DNA from: Octopus sinensis
Taxonomy: Eukaryota
Reading direction: 5' to 3'
NCBI RefSeq assembly: GCF_006345805.1
Contig: NC_043008.1
Location: 13,888,001 to 13,952,000 of the forward strand
DNA: 64,000 bases
This document shows, piece after piece, positions 49,540 to 64,000 of the stretch. How positions within the stretch are numbered: position 1 is the stretch's first letter; each line of letters opens with the position of its first letter. The notes under the pieces were generated by a model, which saw only the letters and a list, made by a program, of their open reading frames with translations, did not search any database and was not told the origin of the DNA. The translations under genes were made by a program, and so were the position numbers.

Positions 49540-49832
49540 CACACACACACACACACACACTACACACACACACACAAACACACTACACACACACAAATAT
49601 ACATACACAGATGCGAATGGATGAGAAAAAATTCCCTCCCACCGATTCACCAAAAGATTGTAAACCAATTAATAACGTGCCCTTCTTCCATTAATTACAA
49701 GAAATACAACAAACAGCTGATCACAATTTAGAAGGCAGAAACAACAACTACCGATCAACAAATGCAAAGTGCCAACCACTGAACAAACTCTACTCTAGGA
49801 CAAATACACAAGTCGGTTTTGAGACGTCATGA

Positions 49833-50395
49833 TATTGGGTTGTCCGGAAAGTTCGTGCCGATTTATAGAAGCTTACATTTTGACTTATTTTAGAACATGG
49901 TTGAGTCCATAAAATAGGATTTGACTACACCTCCATTTAGAAAACAGTTGAAGCTATCTTTTCGTGGAAGAAGGTTTATGTTCCTATAACCTGTGTTCAT
50001 TCTGTAACCTTTTAAAATGGAAGATAACAAAGTACACTTTTGGCACTTGAGGATTTGGGAACCAGACAAAAGTTGCTGCAGCTCGGCTGGGATGCGTTAC
50101 CCCAACCTCCATATTAACCAGATATTGCTCCTTCGAATTTCCACTTATTCAGGTCTCTGCAGAATAGACTGATGGTAAAAATTTCAATTCCTTGGATGAC
50201 GTAAAAAGATACCTTGATGAATTCTTTGCCATGAAATCACCTCAATTCTGAGAAGAGGATATTTTCAAGTAAAATGAAAGATGCATTGTGCAACAAAATG
50301 GTTCATATTTGGTTGATTAAAAATGTAATGGCAAGTATTTATTGACCTGTATCTTTCCTTTAAAACTCGGCACGAACTTTTCGGACAACCCAATA
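49833..50395 (+). mobile_element. Complete non-autonomous mariner (563 bp incl. TA flanks)
   Basis: 27-bp TIRs ttgggttgtccg(g/a)aaagttcgtgccga, TA flanks, MEDNKVHF start fused to the PY(S)PDIAPS region; same family as 37981. Confidence 0.9.
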
Positions 50396-51313
50396 TGAAC
50401 CTTTCAGTTATTGTAAATGCCATTACTGATATAATTGAAGTCAGTTCTATTAATGATTAATAGGAACTAGGTTTAAGAAAGATAAACTTATTTTTTATAG
50501 AACGGTCTTAAGCACTTTAACAGCTGAAATAAAATATACGATTTTATTTCAAATACAGCAAAAATATAATTACATTTTATATAGTGATTATACATTGAAT
50601 AATTATAATTTATTGCTTTGAATTGTTGGCGAAGATGAATTATAATACTTAAATATGTAATTATCATGGCATGGATTATGCCTATTAGCGATTCTATAAT
50701 TCATTATATGGGAGGAGTTTACACATAATTAATTATAATTCCACAATAATAACTGGATTTAATTTATGTTAATTCAATGATATAATTCTGTCATTTGGCA
50801 AGTACCAATATGAACTGTCTAAAACCCTAAATAAAATTCTAATTTGAACGTAGTAAATGAAAACCTATTTGAAAAATTTCAATTGAATGCCAAGATCTTG
50901 ACATTAAATTGGCATTACTGATATCACTGATAAATGTACGCCACGTGGAGTAAGAAAAAATACGACAGCTTATTACAAACGTGCAAGTTATTGTGGATAT
51001 TTATTCCTGGTTAATTTCTTAGTAATGATGATAAGAAGGAGGAGACAGAAAAAGAGAAGGAGTAAGTCAATGACGACGGCGTCTTCCTCCTCTTCCTCAT
51101 CAACGTCATTGTCAACAATATCGTCAACATCATCATTACAACAATCACTTATATGATAACGATGAAACGATAGTAATTATTACAGCATCTATCATTAAGA
51201 AGAGTATGGAAATTACACAAAGAAGCAAATGAAACTTTGCTAGGGGAAATACACAAGTACGCAACGTAAGTGTCTGTTTATATACGTATACACCCACCCA
51301 TACGCATCACTTA

Positions 51314-51357
<44 letters not shown>

Positions 51358-51616
51358 ATATGTATAAGTGTATGTGTGCGTATATATATATATATATATA
51401 TAAGTTAAGCAACTCTTCATCCTTTTGGATGGGAATGCATTTTTGTCAGTTTTTGCCCAGAAGAGATTTTTACCTATGAAATGCATAATGTAATCTTAAT
51501 TACAAAATATGAATGAAGGTAAGAAATTGGAACGTACGTAGTACGTAGGTGATATGGAAAGAGACACAGCTGCAGAAAAGTAAGCATGCCAAGAAACGAG
51601 CACTACAAAAGCCAAA

Positions 51617-52031
51617 TCATCTCAAAGTAATGAACAGAGGTATACACAGCTGACAAGGAATAGGATCGCTCATCGTGCTCCAGGACGTTTTTCGGCTTTT
51701 GAAGAGACCATGCCACTCAAAACATTGCGAACGACCCATTACCCCATCGCAGTAAGCTTGCCGAAGCAAACTTAATGTCTTTGTAGTAGACTTCCCAATT
51801 CTAACACAAAATTTCACATTTATCTTTGTTTCAACTTTCTGTCCAGGACAAAATCTTAGATTACAACATACAGGCGGAGACAAAAACAAAAGTTTCACAA
51901 CTTGCGAACTAAACACAAGAATGTAACTCGGCACATGGCCTCATCACTGTTAGCCCTCGTTGTGCACGCAACTGTATGCTATCATCTGTTGGCGCGCTAC
52001 AGAGCTAGCCGGGAGTCTTTTGGTACCACCT

Positions 52032-52035
<4 letters not shown>
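51617..52035 (-). mobile_element. Mariner 5' fragment (related to 30930)
   Basis: TAccaggtggtaccaa end; INVKFCVRIGKSTTKTLSLLRQAY..VMGRSQCFEWH. Confidence 0.85.
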
Positions 52036-52101
<66 letters not shown>

Positions 52102-52184
52102 ATATGTATGTATGTATGTATATGTATATAGCAAATTATTTTATTTGCGAAATAAAATTTGTAAAAATATAACAAGGTAAAATA

Positions 52185-52290
52185 TTTTATTTTTCATTCC
52201 CTTCGAAATTGCACTTAAATGTGGTTTTGCTATGCTTTTTCTAGCGTGTAAAGCTACCTGTTAAAGGTAGATTCTCTTGTGTTTCAATGT
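52185..52290. mobile_element. Single arm of the fold-back MITE family
   Basis: tttttcattcccttcgaa...tctagcgtg...gtgtttcaatgtacact. Confidence 0.6.
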
Positions 52291-52339
52291 ACACTATTAT
52301 ATATTTATATACCCACACATACAGCCATACAAACATATG

Positions 52340-52680
52340 TCCATATACGAGTAATGACCCCCTTCCGTTATGAATGTCCATAAGATTGCACATAGACATT
52401 TCCGGTCCGAGGCACAATTCCAAGCAGGTTGTCTTGGGAAAGACCACCTGCCGTCTATACATACTAGTCTCCCCTTTCCACCCCAATATTGTCGAATGGA
52501 AATGCCAAAGGATGATACGGCTTGATGTAAGTGACTTTGCAACTCATTTCTACAGCGGCGTGAACTGGCGCTATAAGAAATAGTGTATTGCTCAATAAGA
52601 CACAACATACAGCCCGGTCTCGAAATCGGACTCACAACCTCGCTTGCGCAGGCCCGATGCTCTAATCACTAAGAATGCAC
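52340..52680 (-). mobile_element. Degenerate tRNA-derived SINE (different tail)
   Basis: Minus strand: tagtgattagagcatcggg...gagtccgatttcgagaccggg...cttattgagcaatacact. Confidence 0.55.
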
Positions 52681-52686
52681 TTTCAA

Positions 52687-52738
<52 letters not shown>

Positions 52739-53849
52739 CCTCTTTCTCTCTAAATATGTGTGTGAGTGTGTGCGTGTGTATGAAATATTTCCTTTTCAAA
52801 ATTTGATTTCACTGCGACTAGCTTTCACACAAGGTTATAAGTCTTAACAATCTTGGTGCAGTTTCTAATAAAACTTATGTCAGCATAGAATAATCTTTGA
52901 AAAATATATGTATATTACTTATGGTAATGACAAACTTCACAACGATAACTTTTTAGCCAATAGTCAGCTGTCAGCGGAGGTCAGACGTACGTTCTCATGC
53001 TCTGACAAATATTATAGAGAAAGAACGAGATTTCGATTTATATTTCTATGAAAAATATACTCATTTAAAACGTTGAGTAACTGGATCTTTTTTTTTTAAG
53101 TTCATACTCTCTTGGAATCTAAAAGCATTCTAGATATTTGGCTCTTGACATCATTTTCCTTTTCTAGAATCTTCTTGAAGTAGACGGTTTTATGTTTATT
53201 CCGTCTGCTTTCCAGATAATGTCTTCCGAACTTCGAGTCATTCTTAGCACTTTAATGCTTTACCGGTTTTATTATTTTAACGAATGGTATTCTTAGTCTT
53301 TATTGTCCTCATGTTTGTCCATGAGTTGTGAAGAAATCTACGACAGCATGTATATTCAATTGAACTGAACGTAATAAATGGTTGGAATTAAATTTATCGA
53401 AGCTAGATCAATGGAAATTTACGTCATCACTAGATGGATATAAAATGAGAATACGGAGAAATATGTGGTTTTTGCGTACATCACTTTTAAATCACTTCAC
53501 AGCCAACTTGTAAACTGCACATCCACACATTAAAACCTGTTCTATTTATCGGAGCTGATTGTTAATTTATGCATAAATTTTATTCGGCAATATAACTTAA
53601 GAATCACCAACTTGCTGGAAATGTGTTGCATAATTGTATTTCCATTTTTCCTACTACGTTTGATAAACTTCGGTTTGATAAATTTCATCGTTTCTAGCAA
53701 GAGAAATATGAAAACAGTATGTACAAGACCTTTTTCAACAATTCTACAAATGCTGCATCTCTTACAATGAAAGGATGAAATGCAAAGATATCCTTGTCTG
53801 GTTTTGAACTCACAGGGCACAGATTTCCAAGAATTACTTCGGAGAAACG

Positions 53850-54250
53850 GCAAAGTCGATTGTATCATCCCCAGTGTTAAACTGCTGCTTATTTTATCGA
53901 CCCCAAAAAAGATAAAAGTCAAAGTTGACTTCGGCGATATTCGAACTCAGAGCAGGACTGACGAAATGCTACGCATTTCGGACCGGCGTGCTAACGGTTC
54001 TACCAGCTTGTCGCCTTAACGTTGCGAGAAATATTGGCTTCGTTTCAAATGTTGGCACAAAACGAGTAAGAGCGGTGTGTGTGGTGGGGTAAGTCTATTA
54101 TATCGACTCCATTGCTCAACTGATAGTAATATTATTCACCCAAATAGAATGAAAGGCGTATTGGACCTCGTCGGAATTTCAAATCGGAACGTAAAGACGG
54201 ACGCAATTCCAGTTCGCCGTCCTAAGACTGCAAGAAATATGGCAAACCTT
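53850..54250 (-). mobile_element. Two SINE family A copies in tandem
   Basis: Both contain attttatcgaccc/tcacc...gacttcggcg/gacctcgtcgg...gaaatgct/gcaattcc. Confidence 0.75.
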
Positions 54251-55587
54251 CCTATCCTATGCTCCAGATGATTCTAATTTGCAATTTTTATTGTAAATTT
54301 CATACATTTTGCAAATGCCTTGATGGCATCCATAAACTGAAATATGTTCTGTTTACTCTTGGTCACTCGCTGCCTTGTAATAGATGAACAAAGAATGTGT
54401 TAGTGTTGAATTATAACCGATTGGATCGACTTAATTAATGTATGGAACTTGTTGAAGACAATGTCGACCTGGGAACACTTAAATCAAACATTAAGGTGCA
54501 TACATAAATCTTCTTTTTACTATTTCAACCAATTACTTTTCTTATGTTATGATAGATATGAAATCTAGTTTTCGTCGTAGTATCTCACCAATAAAATGTA
54601 AATTAAAATATCGAGATATCATTTAATTGTCCGATTATTCTGACGGTGGTGATAATTAGATTTGTGTTGGTTGGGATAACGGTGGAGGGAAGAATTTGTT
54701 AAAGGGGTAATATATCTTGGTTTATAAAAGACTTCAGAAATGAACTGTAAGTTCATTGAATGTGTGTTCTTCCCCCACACTAGACACGTCGTTGTATTTC
54801 TCCACACACTAATTTACATTCTCTGGGAGTTATCAGAAATCTCATCTTTGGTAATGAGATATTTATTTCTAATTCATTAGACGCATCAATAATTGGTAAA
54901 ATTAAGAACTAGCTTAAAAGGCTAAACGTCAAAGAATAAAATTAGCATCATTATATGCCATCTTATTCTAAAATTAGATAACACAAACACAAACCTGGTC
55001 TCGTATTTGTAAATAAATCAATAACATTAGTATTAATAGTATTAATCCGTTAAATTATGTTGGACAATATAAACTTTAATCTTCAAAACTAATCTTGAGC
55101 CATCTCCAACAATAAAAAATTTACACGAGCAAACATATGTATAGATATATATATATGTTTGTGTGTGTATGTATGCATGTCTATTCATACATACATACAA
55201 TTATATATATATATATAGATGTATAGCGTTCAGTCAGTCCTGTTGCGAGTTACCTTGGGCAAATGTCTTCTACGACAGCACCGTAGGACCAATTTCTTGC
55301 AAATGAGTTTGGTAGAAGACATCTGTGTGGAACCTGTCATATATTTGTCGCATTGTTGTTGTTTCTTTTTGTTTTTGCGAAGATAGTAGTTACCAAGCGA
55401 CCTAGGGTCTTGGATTTCTGTACCTGACGTAACATTTTAAATTACTATTGGATAAGTCCCATGAACGAAGCCGTTGGACATTGATCGAAATCGTAAATGT
55501 TAACGATTTGTAGTGATAATAGCATGCTAAAATAGATACAAGACCTGGAAATTTTGTCGAAGAGTCAGTCGATTATATCGACTGGTA

Positions 55588-55665
<78 letters not shown>

Positions 55666-58176
55666 TGTGTGTGTGTGTGTGTTAATATATTACGGATATG
55701 TGGGGCGGAGTCTGTGCTGTTGTACGGGTCTCAGAGTTGGACACTGACCAAAAAACAATTCCGATGGCTCGCTCGCCAACCCAGCGAGTTAGCTTCATTC
55801 GAAAGTTAAAACATTTCAAAGTGCATTGTCGCCAACCTTGTATAACAGCAAACCATACTCTGGTCGATCACGTTGTTAAGTATTATATTTATGCACGTAC
55901 GCAGACCCCCCCCCCACACACACACACGCATAAATATCTTTATATATATATATAAACATACATATACATATATTTTATATTTATGAGGAAAAGGTTGACA
56001 ACGTCTTTAAGATGTCAATATACATATACATACATACACAGAAACACACGCGCAAACGCACACGCCCGCATGCGCACAAACATATGTATATATTTATGTA
56101 TACGTCAGTACATATATTGCGACAAACGTATGCATATTTACATATATGTATTTACCTCATAATATAATATATATTCGTGTTATATTACATTCGTTTCAGT
56201 TCCATTGAATCATAGAAATAATATTTGCTTTAAACTTAATACAGCGACAGAAATGAATATTTTATTATATCAATAAATACTTTTGCAACCTGATTGGCAT
56301 ATAAATAAATATTTCTCTATGTTTTGTTTGAAATTTTATATCTGAAATTTCTGTGGTTTCTCGTAAGAAAATTAACTTCCTTAGAATTTATTGACAAAAT
56401 CTTTGTCATCTCGGCAATGCCAATAGAATTTTCATGTATGAATTCATATAGGAGATCAGGACAATAATTCAGAATTTTTTTCGTAAATTTGATTATAGAA
56501 TGTGAAAATACTTATGACAATCCATCCTTGGCAGAGCAGAGAAAATGAACATCTTATATATTTAGATTATATACCTACAAAGACATTGGACTTAAAACAG
56601 ACATAGAGGAACAAGGTTAACGTACTTATTTCTAAGAGTTCAGCACTTGTTAAGTAGAAACTGTCTATGAGTAGATTAGCGCTTATAGAAGAGACGAACA
56701 AGGAAAGTGTGTCTTATGCCGAAAGATACATAAGTAATTGAAAATAAAGTAATTTAAGAATTTTATAGAAACTATTTAGGATTCAGTATATATCCTAATG
56801 GCTCATTCTGTCACAAACACAAGAAAATAACTGTAGCTCAAAATTTGTGCGACAATAGTTAAGAGAGGGAAAACATTTACATTTGTGATACTTGATGTAG
56901 AGATGGGTCAAAAACAATGTGACCCAGGTTTTTCAGAGAAGTTTCATATTATTCACAGCGTATTTCAATCAAATACTATCTGTTAAATGTATATTTTAGT
57001 TAGTAAATTATTAAAAGCAATGACGATACAATGTAGTTCACTACGATGAGTGGAATTACTTGAGACAGTGTTATCAAATCTAACTTGTCTTCAGCCTTCA
57101 AGAGAAATCTCTTTTATTCCTTGTAGGCCTATTTACTTTGTTCCAAAATACAGTATTAAGTATTTTGATAATAAATCCGTGTTTGTAGAAATGTGTAGTG
57201 TAGGCCACGTAAAATATTCTATGTATGCAAAGTCTCGTGGACTAGAGCTTGCTGCATTGCAGTTATAACACGACGCTGACATGTTTGCATAAAATTATGC
57301 ACAACAGACACAATTCGCATAATATACACAGCAATCCTAAAAAAGATTTTGTGCATTTATGATTATCAAGAAAGAGTAAAAAGAGTCTATCATACCATGT
57401 AGTTTGAATTCATCTGTCTCGTATCGACATAACATTTTGATCGCCCACGAATACATACATCTGTATGCTCAGTCGGGCGTGGGTGTAGAATGACAGCGCT
57501 ATAATCTTACCACACATCCTATCGAACACTTGCTTAACAATAAACATAGAGTAGTGAAATGTTATTCAAATTTACCCTTGCCTAAACATACGCATATCCA
57601 CACAAAAAAGTTTTAAGTTATTCTCGCAGAATGCAATATTTTAGTTAATACTAATTTGTTATATATTTATAGGATTTATTTCATAAAAGATAAAGTAATT
57701 TTTTTTTCTTCTCAGAATTCAAAACCATTTTATCTTACTATCCAATTTCTCTATTTCTCTTTTTAACTTATATCTTTCTGATCTATTTTATAATATTGAA
57801 TACAACAGAACTTTTCTATACTTCATAATATCCTCTCCGCATTGGCATGAATTCCAGGAGTCTTGTTCAATTACACTTTCTCTGATAGAAAAATCAAATA
57901 TATCTATCAATCATTGAATTTAGGTTGTTGCTGTTGTTATTGTTGTTGTTGTTGTTGCTGTTGTGTTTCTTGTTTATGTTGCGAGCTTTATTATATCAAT
58001 ATCCGATGTATGTCTTTGAATATGTATGAACTAGAAAAATGCAAGCGCCTGAAAAAAGACAACTTATCTATCACTTTATCTATTTCTCACTGTCTCTCTA
58101 TCTCTCTCTTTCTCTCTCTCTCTCTCGTTATATATATATATATATATAATATATATATATATAATATATAATATAT

Positions 58177-58208
<32 letters not shown>

Positions 58209-58305
58209 ACGTAATATACTATTAGCACAAGATTATACGTATGAGTCTATTCGTATAAATATACGATTTTATTAGCATGCATATATATGATATTATGAAT
58301 AATAT

Positions 58306-58341
<36 letters not shown>

Positions 58342-58436
58342 TGTATAATATTATACGTATATAATATATACATACACATATCATTGTGCATATATTATTA
58401 ATTATTAATATTTGCTTATTGGATCTGTTGTTGTTA

Positions 58437-58492
<56 letters not shown>

Positions 58493-58988
58493 GATATCGT
58501 TATATTATTATTGTTGTGGTTGGTGATGGTGGTTTTGTTGTTGTTCTTGCTGTCGTTATTATTTTCATTATTTAGCGTGAAGCAAATATTTGAAAAGTCA
58601 GATTTATATTTCTGTGATAGTAGAACTCATAAAAGTGCATTATTTACCAACTCCTATATATATATGCAACCAATACATGCACTAATATGCCATCCTATTG
58701 TGTTCCTTCGTTCTTTGTGGGTGTCTTAAGCGATTATTATAAGTTTCTCAGTCTATAGAATAAAACTTTTTTTTATGCTATATTTCACTATGTCAAAGAC
58801 GTATGGTGGGAGTATCCAAGAGTGAAGTACTGAAGTAGTAAATATTGGACAATAGTTTAACAGTTTACATTTGTCGTGGATTTATGCCACTGTTTAGTGG
58901 CATACATTTACGTATCAGGTCTAAGGAATAAAGGGCCGTGCTCTAAGAACAATACATTTCTAGCTTGTTGTTAAAAACCTTACTAATA

Positions 58989-59378
58989 CTCTTTTACTCT
59001 TTTACTCTTTTACTTGTTTCAGTCATTTGACTGCGGCCATGCTGGAGCACCGCCTTTAGTCGAGCAAATCGACCCCAGGACTTATTCTTTGTAAGCGTAG
59101 TAGTTATTCTATCGGTCTCTTTTGCTGAACCGCTAAGTTACGGGTACGTAAACACACAACCAAGCAATGGTGGCGGGACAAACACACACACACACAAACA
59201 TATACACACATACGACGGGCTTCTTTCAGTTTCCGTCTACCAAATCCATTCACAAGGCTATGGTCGGCCCGAGGCTATAGTAGAAGACACTTTTCCATGG
59301 TGCCACACAGTGGGAATGAACCGGGAACCATGTGGTTGGTAAGCAAGTTACTTACCACACATCCACTCTTGCGCCTAT
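58989..59378 (-). mobile_element. SINE family B
   Basis: (ctctttta)n tail through to the cttaccacacatccactc head. Confidence 0.9.
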
Positions 59379-59576
59379 AGTCTATAAATGGCCAAAAGAG
59401 TCCATACAAATTGCATTTGGGAGATGGGAGTTTTTGTGGTTCGCTCGAGGCTGAGTGTGTTTATGCCTCAATTGTATGCAAGATGTAAACAGGAAAATTG
59501 GCGAGATACGTTAGAAAATAATTGGAATGAGTGCCGTTGAATGTTTTAATTTTTCCTTTTTCTTAATATTTAATTA

Positions 59577-59970
59577 CTGTGTGGGTGCTACCAACCGCAT
59601 GGTTCCGGGTTCAGTCCCACTGACTGGCACCTTGTGCAAGTGTCTTCTACTGTTGCCTGGAGCCGACCAAAGCTTCGTGAATTGATTTGGTAGACGGAAA
59701 CTGAAAGAAGCCTGTCGTATATATGAATATGTATATATGTGTGTGCGTGTTTGTGTGTCTGTGTTAGTCCCCCCCCCCACCAACATCGTTTGGCAACCGT
59801 TGCTGATGTGTTTATGTCCCCGTAACATAGCGGTTCGGCAAAAAGTGACCGATAGAATAAGTCCTAGGCTTACAAAGAATTAGTCCTGGTGTCGATTTCC
59901 TCGACTGAAGGCGGTGCTCCAGCATGGCCACAGTCAAATGACTGAAACGAGTAAAAGAGTAAAAGAGTAA
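59577..59970 (+). mobile_element. SINE family B
   Basis: ctgtgtgg..ccaaccgcatggttccgggttcagtccc ... gtaaaagagtaaaagagta. Confidence 0.9.
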
Positions 59971-60099
59971 ATATTTTAATTCTTTGTTTATATGTATCAT
60001 GTTGTCCCACATTTTTATTGTATAAATATTATGTATTTCTGTGGGAATACATATTTTGTACTAGCTTACAAGCCATTCTATCGAGCTGCTTTTAAGCTA

Positions 60100-60555
60100 G
60101 CTCCTGTGGAGGGGTTTCTATTGGGCCTTGAGCCCAATAATGACACTTCTGCATTGGGTACATATGCGCATCTCTGAACACGAGCAGAGAAGTAGTGGGG
60201 GAGCATCATAACCATGTGTCGAGAGCAATTCTTTGGAGTTTGAATAATTAACCTCTGGAGGCATGGTTGTTTTCTTCATCATCCTTAAAGGAAACCTTAT
60301 TCAGGGACCTGTTGAGTAGGGGAGGCTACTCGAGCTGAAGAAAATTCTAAATGGGCCCCACCTGCAAGTTAATGCGCTGAATATCTTGATATGAGTTTAT
60401 CATGTCACGTACATATGATTGCGATGCACGTGCTTGGTGTACCCTTAACAGACGGGTAATCACAATTGGAAATATCGGCCTTCATATATTTGTACCCCAG
60501 TGTCACTTTGAAAGCATGCGCTGCTCTCTCACTCAACAGCAACAACAATAACAAA
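60100..60555 (+). mobile_element. Probable LINE/SINE 3' segment with (AAC/AAT)n tail
   Basis: GC-richer block ending ctgctctctcactcaacagcaacaacaataac; only one copy in the window. Confidence 0.45.
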
Positions 60556-61163
60556 CCTAATTTCGCCACTTCCGTTTCATACAGCTAAAAGAAATGTTAC
60601 GTTTGGCGTTTTTGACATTCTGTAGTAAAACCACTCCAAGAAACAATTATTCCGTTGTTTAATTGGCCACAGTTAAATATCATACGAAAGTCACAAGTTA
60701 AGATACTCAAAAAATTTTCGACTGCTTTTTTATGGTTAGTTTCTTCATTCAAGGATCGTTGAATACCACCATATAATAGTCAATAAATTGTAAAGAAAAG
60801 AAACTTTTCGATGATTCACGTAACGTAATGTTATCACTGATTAAGATTACTGTATAAATATATCTTGCGATTAATAGCCATAACCGAATTGTACATTCTT
60901 TGATTTGGTGTTTCCTGCAGACATACCTTTTTCACAATATTCTTTATAATTTGTATAAATGTCATATTCCATTCTTGTAAAGGAACATAAATTCACTTGT
61001 GTTCATGGCTTTATCTTTAGCCAGAGGAAACCATCTGACATAAACTGTAACACATTTTCTGACGTATACACAGCCACCTATATCGGCTGAAAAATTACAT
61101 CCTCACGCACAACACTTATCCACACGTCCATACGCATGTATATACATTCTATATGCATTATAA

Positions 61164-61253
<90 letters not shown>

Positions 61254-61325
61254 CGTGTATATATATGAATATATATATGTATACATGTATATATATATAT
61301 ATTATATATATATATATAATTATAT

Positions 61326-61361
<36 letters not shown>

Positions 61362-61485
61362 CATATATATATATGTATGTATATGTGTATACAGTTATAT
61401 ATTTATATATACGTATATTGTATTTTACTATGAAATGAAACGCACACACACACATACATATATGTGCATGTCCTGTCTATGTATA

Positions 61486-61516
<31 letters not shown>

Positions 61517-61987
61517 ATGTATGTATATATGTATGTATGTATGTGGTGATCATATTTTCATAAAAACTGAAAAATGATTTATGAAAAGAAATAACAAAGA
61601 ATAAAATTAAAAAGCTAAAGAACTAAAAAAATCCAAGATACATAGAAGAAGTAAAAAAAAACAGAAAAGAAAATCACTATAATTATGAGATAAAATTATT
61701 TTGCATAAGAAAATATATTAATCGATTCGATATTGATACATTTTTGCGAAATTTATTTCTTTTTCTCTCTCTGACTGAATGGTTCCTCAACCGTAAAGAT
61801 TGCCTGATTTATTCCTCATTTTTCGGCTTTCTTTGAAATATATGTCGAGTTACGCTATGGTCCAACTTTAATGTCTCTATCTCAATCGATATTTCATACA
61901 ATATATTGCCTATTAAGATCATGGGGCTATCACTAAAAGATTTGTGAGATTATTTCCTTGGATAGCTGCACTGCGATCATCGTCATA

Positions 61988-62018
<31 letters not shown>

Positions 62019-62469
62019 GCTTTGAAGTCCATTTTCTATACTAGGGCTGGTGGATAGTTTGTGCTTCATATATGATATATAAACTGATCTATATATATGT
62101 CTGTGTGTGCATCCATCTCTGTGTGTGCGTATGCATGTATGTGTGTATGTATGTGTGTGTGCGTGTATAATTTGTTTGTGTGTATATGTTTCTAAAACAG
62201 ACAGATTAGAGCGTCAGTGTTTTAAATATAATCTCTATTTGATATGTTTTTTTTTTTGCTTTTCTCTCACTGTATCGCATTCTTTATAATGCAGTTTTTT
62301 ATTCATTTTTTTTTAATGGATCCAATATGTGTATGCATTGTGGGAAATGCCCTTAGTTATTCACTGAAGGACCAAAAGTTGTGAGAGGGAAGGCCGAAAC
62401 TAGCTTTGAACAAGATACTTGTAGTACCCAAGCACGAGGTGGTAATATCAAATTAATTGTAAGGCATCG

Positions 62470-62660
62470 AGGTGGCAGAGACGTTAGCACGCCGGGAGAA
62501 ATGATTAGCAGTATTTCGTCCGTATTTACGTTCTGAGTTCAAATGCCACGGGGTTCGACCTTGCATTTCATCCTTTCAGGGCCGATAAAATAAATGCCAG
62601 TTGAGAGCTAGGATTGGTTTAATCGTCTTAGCCCCTCACTCGAAATTACTTGGTTTGAAA
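62470..62660 (+). mobile_element. SINE family A
   Basis: gaggtggcagagacgttagcacgccggg...ctgagttcaaatgcc. Confidence 0.8.
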
Positions 62661-64000
62661 CTAATATTATACTAATGGTAATGATGCTACGTCTATCTGT
62701 CTAGAGACGAGTTCTTAAGAATCAACTTCAATTCTCAGAAATGCAAAGCATTCTTACTGTTCTGTTTCTCGGTAAATTGCGTCAGTTCCCAGCACAGAAT
62801 TCTGAACCTCTTGTGAATAACATTCAATATCATCTTGATGCTTTTACCTCCTATATTATAAATATTAATTCATTCTTACCGATCGACCAATAAGAGGATT
62901 ACTCTCTTGTGACACCAAGTAGTGAGTGCTCCACAAGCATGAGAAAATTTACGCGATTGCCCACAAATCTAAAACACAACTTCATGTTTATTTACGATAT
63001 ATAGTATAACATAGTTTTATATACTCACAAAATGGCCGGTGGTTACCTTGGATTATTGTTGTTCATATGTACACTGAAAAAGAATTAATTCCGCACAAAG
63101 CAACACCAATAACTAATTTCTTAAAACAATAGACATACAATTCTTGATAGCAAATCAATAAACCGTTCCAAGAGTTACAGAATCCAAATATCTTGTTGTC
63201 CAAGTCACCCGTCACCATTCTTACGAAGACTGAAATTTTATTCCCGTACTAGTATTTGGAGAATTAGTACGTTTAAATACATAAGTATACACAAGTTGGT
63301 ATAGAAAACAAGAACTTCATTGATGAATTCATACAAATGACCATCGCCTGTTCTTTCCAAAATAGTCGTATATATGACAATAATTGACTTTTTTCACCGC
63401 ACCACATAAATTTGTCTATATTCCTAAGTCAAGTATCCACGCAGAAAAATAGCCTCATTCACTTATAACACATAGTGTATTTACTTTATGTAATCAAATA
63501 TTAGCATACGTTAGATTTTGTATAATCATTGAATCTTATTTTTCACCTGCTTCCTGGCAAAATGCTGTCTGAAGAGACCAGTATTATTAGATATGCATTG
63601 AAGAATACATTTATACTTGAGAATATTGTTGACATATTAGAAACAGTCTGGCGGATGTGTGTGTCTGTGCGTGTGTGCGTTTGTGGGGTTGTAGAGAGTG
63701 AGATAAAGATTATTTTCAATTCATAAGTTGGTCAGCTATAGAATGACGGAAATAATATTGACGAACAGACAGACATAATTGGCACTTACCATCATTGATA
63801 CACATGTTTTAAACTCGCTTACATTTATTTGTTCGTATTTCTAATTGAGGGAATAGGATTCGGTTGGAGAATTTACCTTAAGTTCTGGAAGCATTTTCTC
63901 TAAGCGATCAACCAGATTTCAATAAGTGTTGAAATAAGAAATGACCTTTTCACACATACCTCTCAGTTACTTTCATTCTTATACACGTGTAATATGAGGG

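Noticed and set aside
62880-62968. Possible 89-nt minus-strand exon (AG...|GTAAGA)
   Set aside because: Weak pyrimidine tract and no homology; such site pairs are expected by chance.

Overview
Eukaryotic, very AT-rich, microsatellite-saturated DNA. The repeat landscape resembles a coleoid cephalopod (Octopus-like); this is an inference from the tRNA-SINE families and repeat density, not a database result. I cannot recognise any intact host protein-coding gene, and nearly all tracked ORFs are translations of (TA)n/(CA)n/(ATT)n/(GAA)n arrays. The window holds over 30 tRNA-derived SINE pieces from several head/tail combinations, Tc1 and mariner relics, a fold-back TA-flanked MITE family, non-autonomous Helitrons, Penelope-like remnants (a GIY-YIG fragment and pLTRs with hammerhead-ribozyme motifs), LINE 3' ends and several stand-alone long hairpins. 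The most unusual object is a ~2.1-kb minus-strand element (17101-19193) inserted into the tRNA head of a SINE, with an imperfect ~13-bp target duplication. It encodes only an L1/Tx1-type ORF1 (RRM-like region, zinc knuckle, NLS, unknown C-terminal domain) and no ORF2. It has three 29-bp 5' monomers and three ~69-nt double-hairpin 3' repeats, and ends in a perfect 12-bp stem-loop instead of a poly(A) tail. Coordinates were read by hand; ends of degenerate repeats are approximate.
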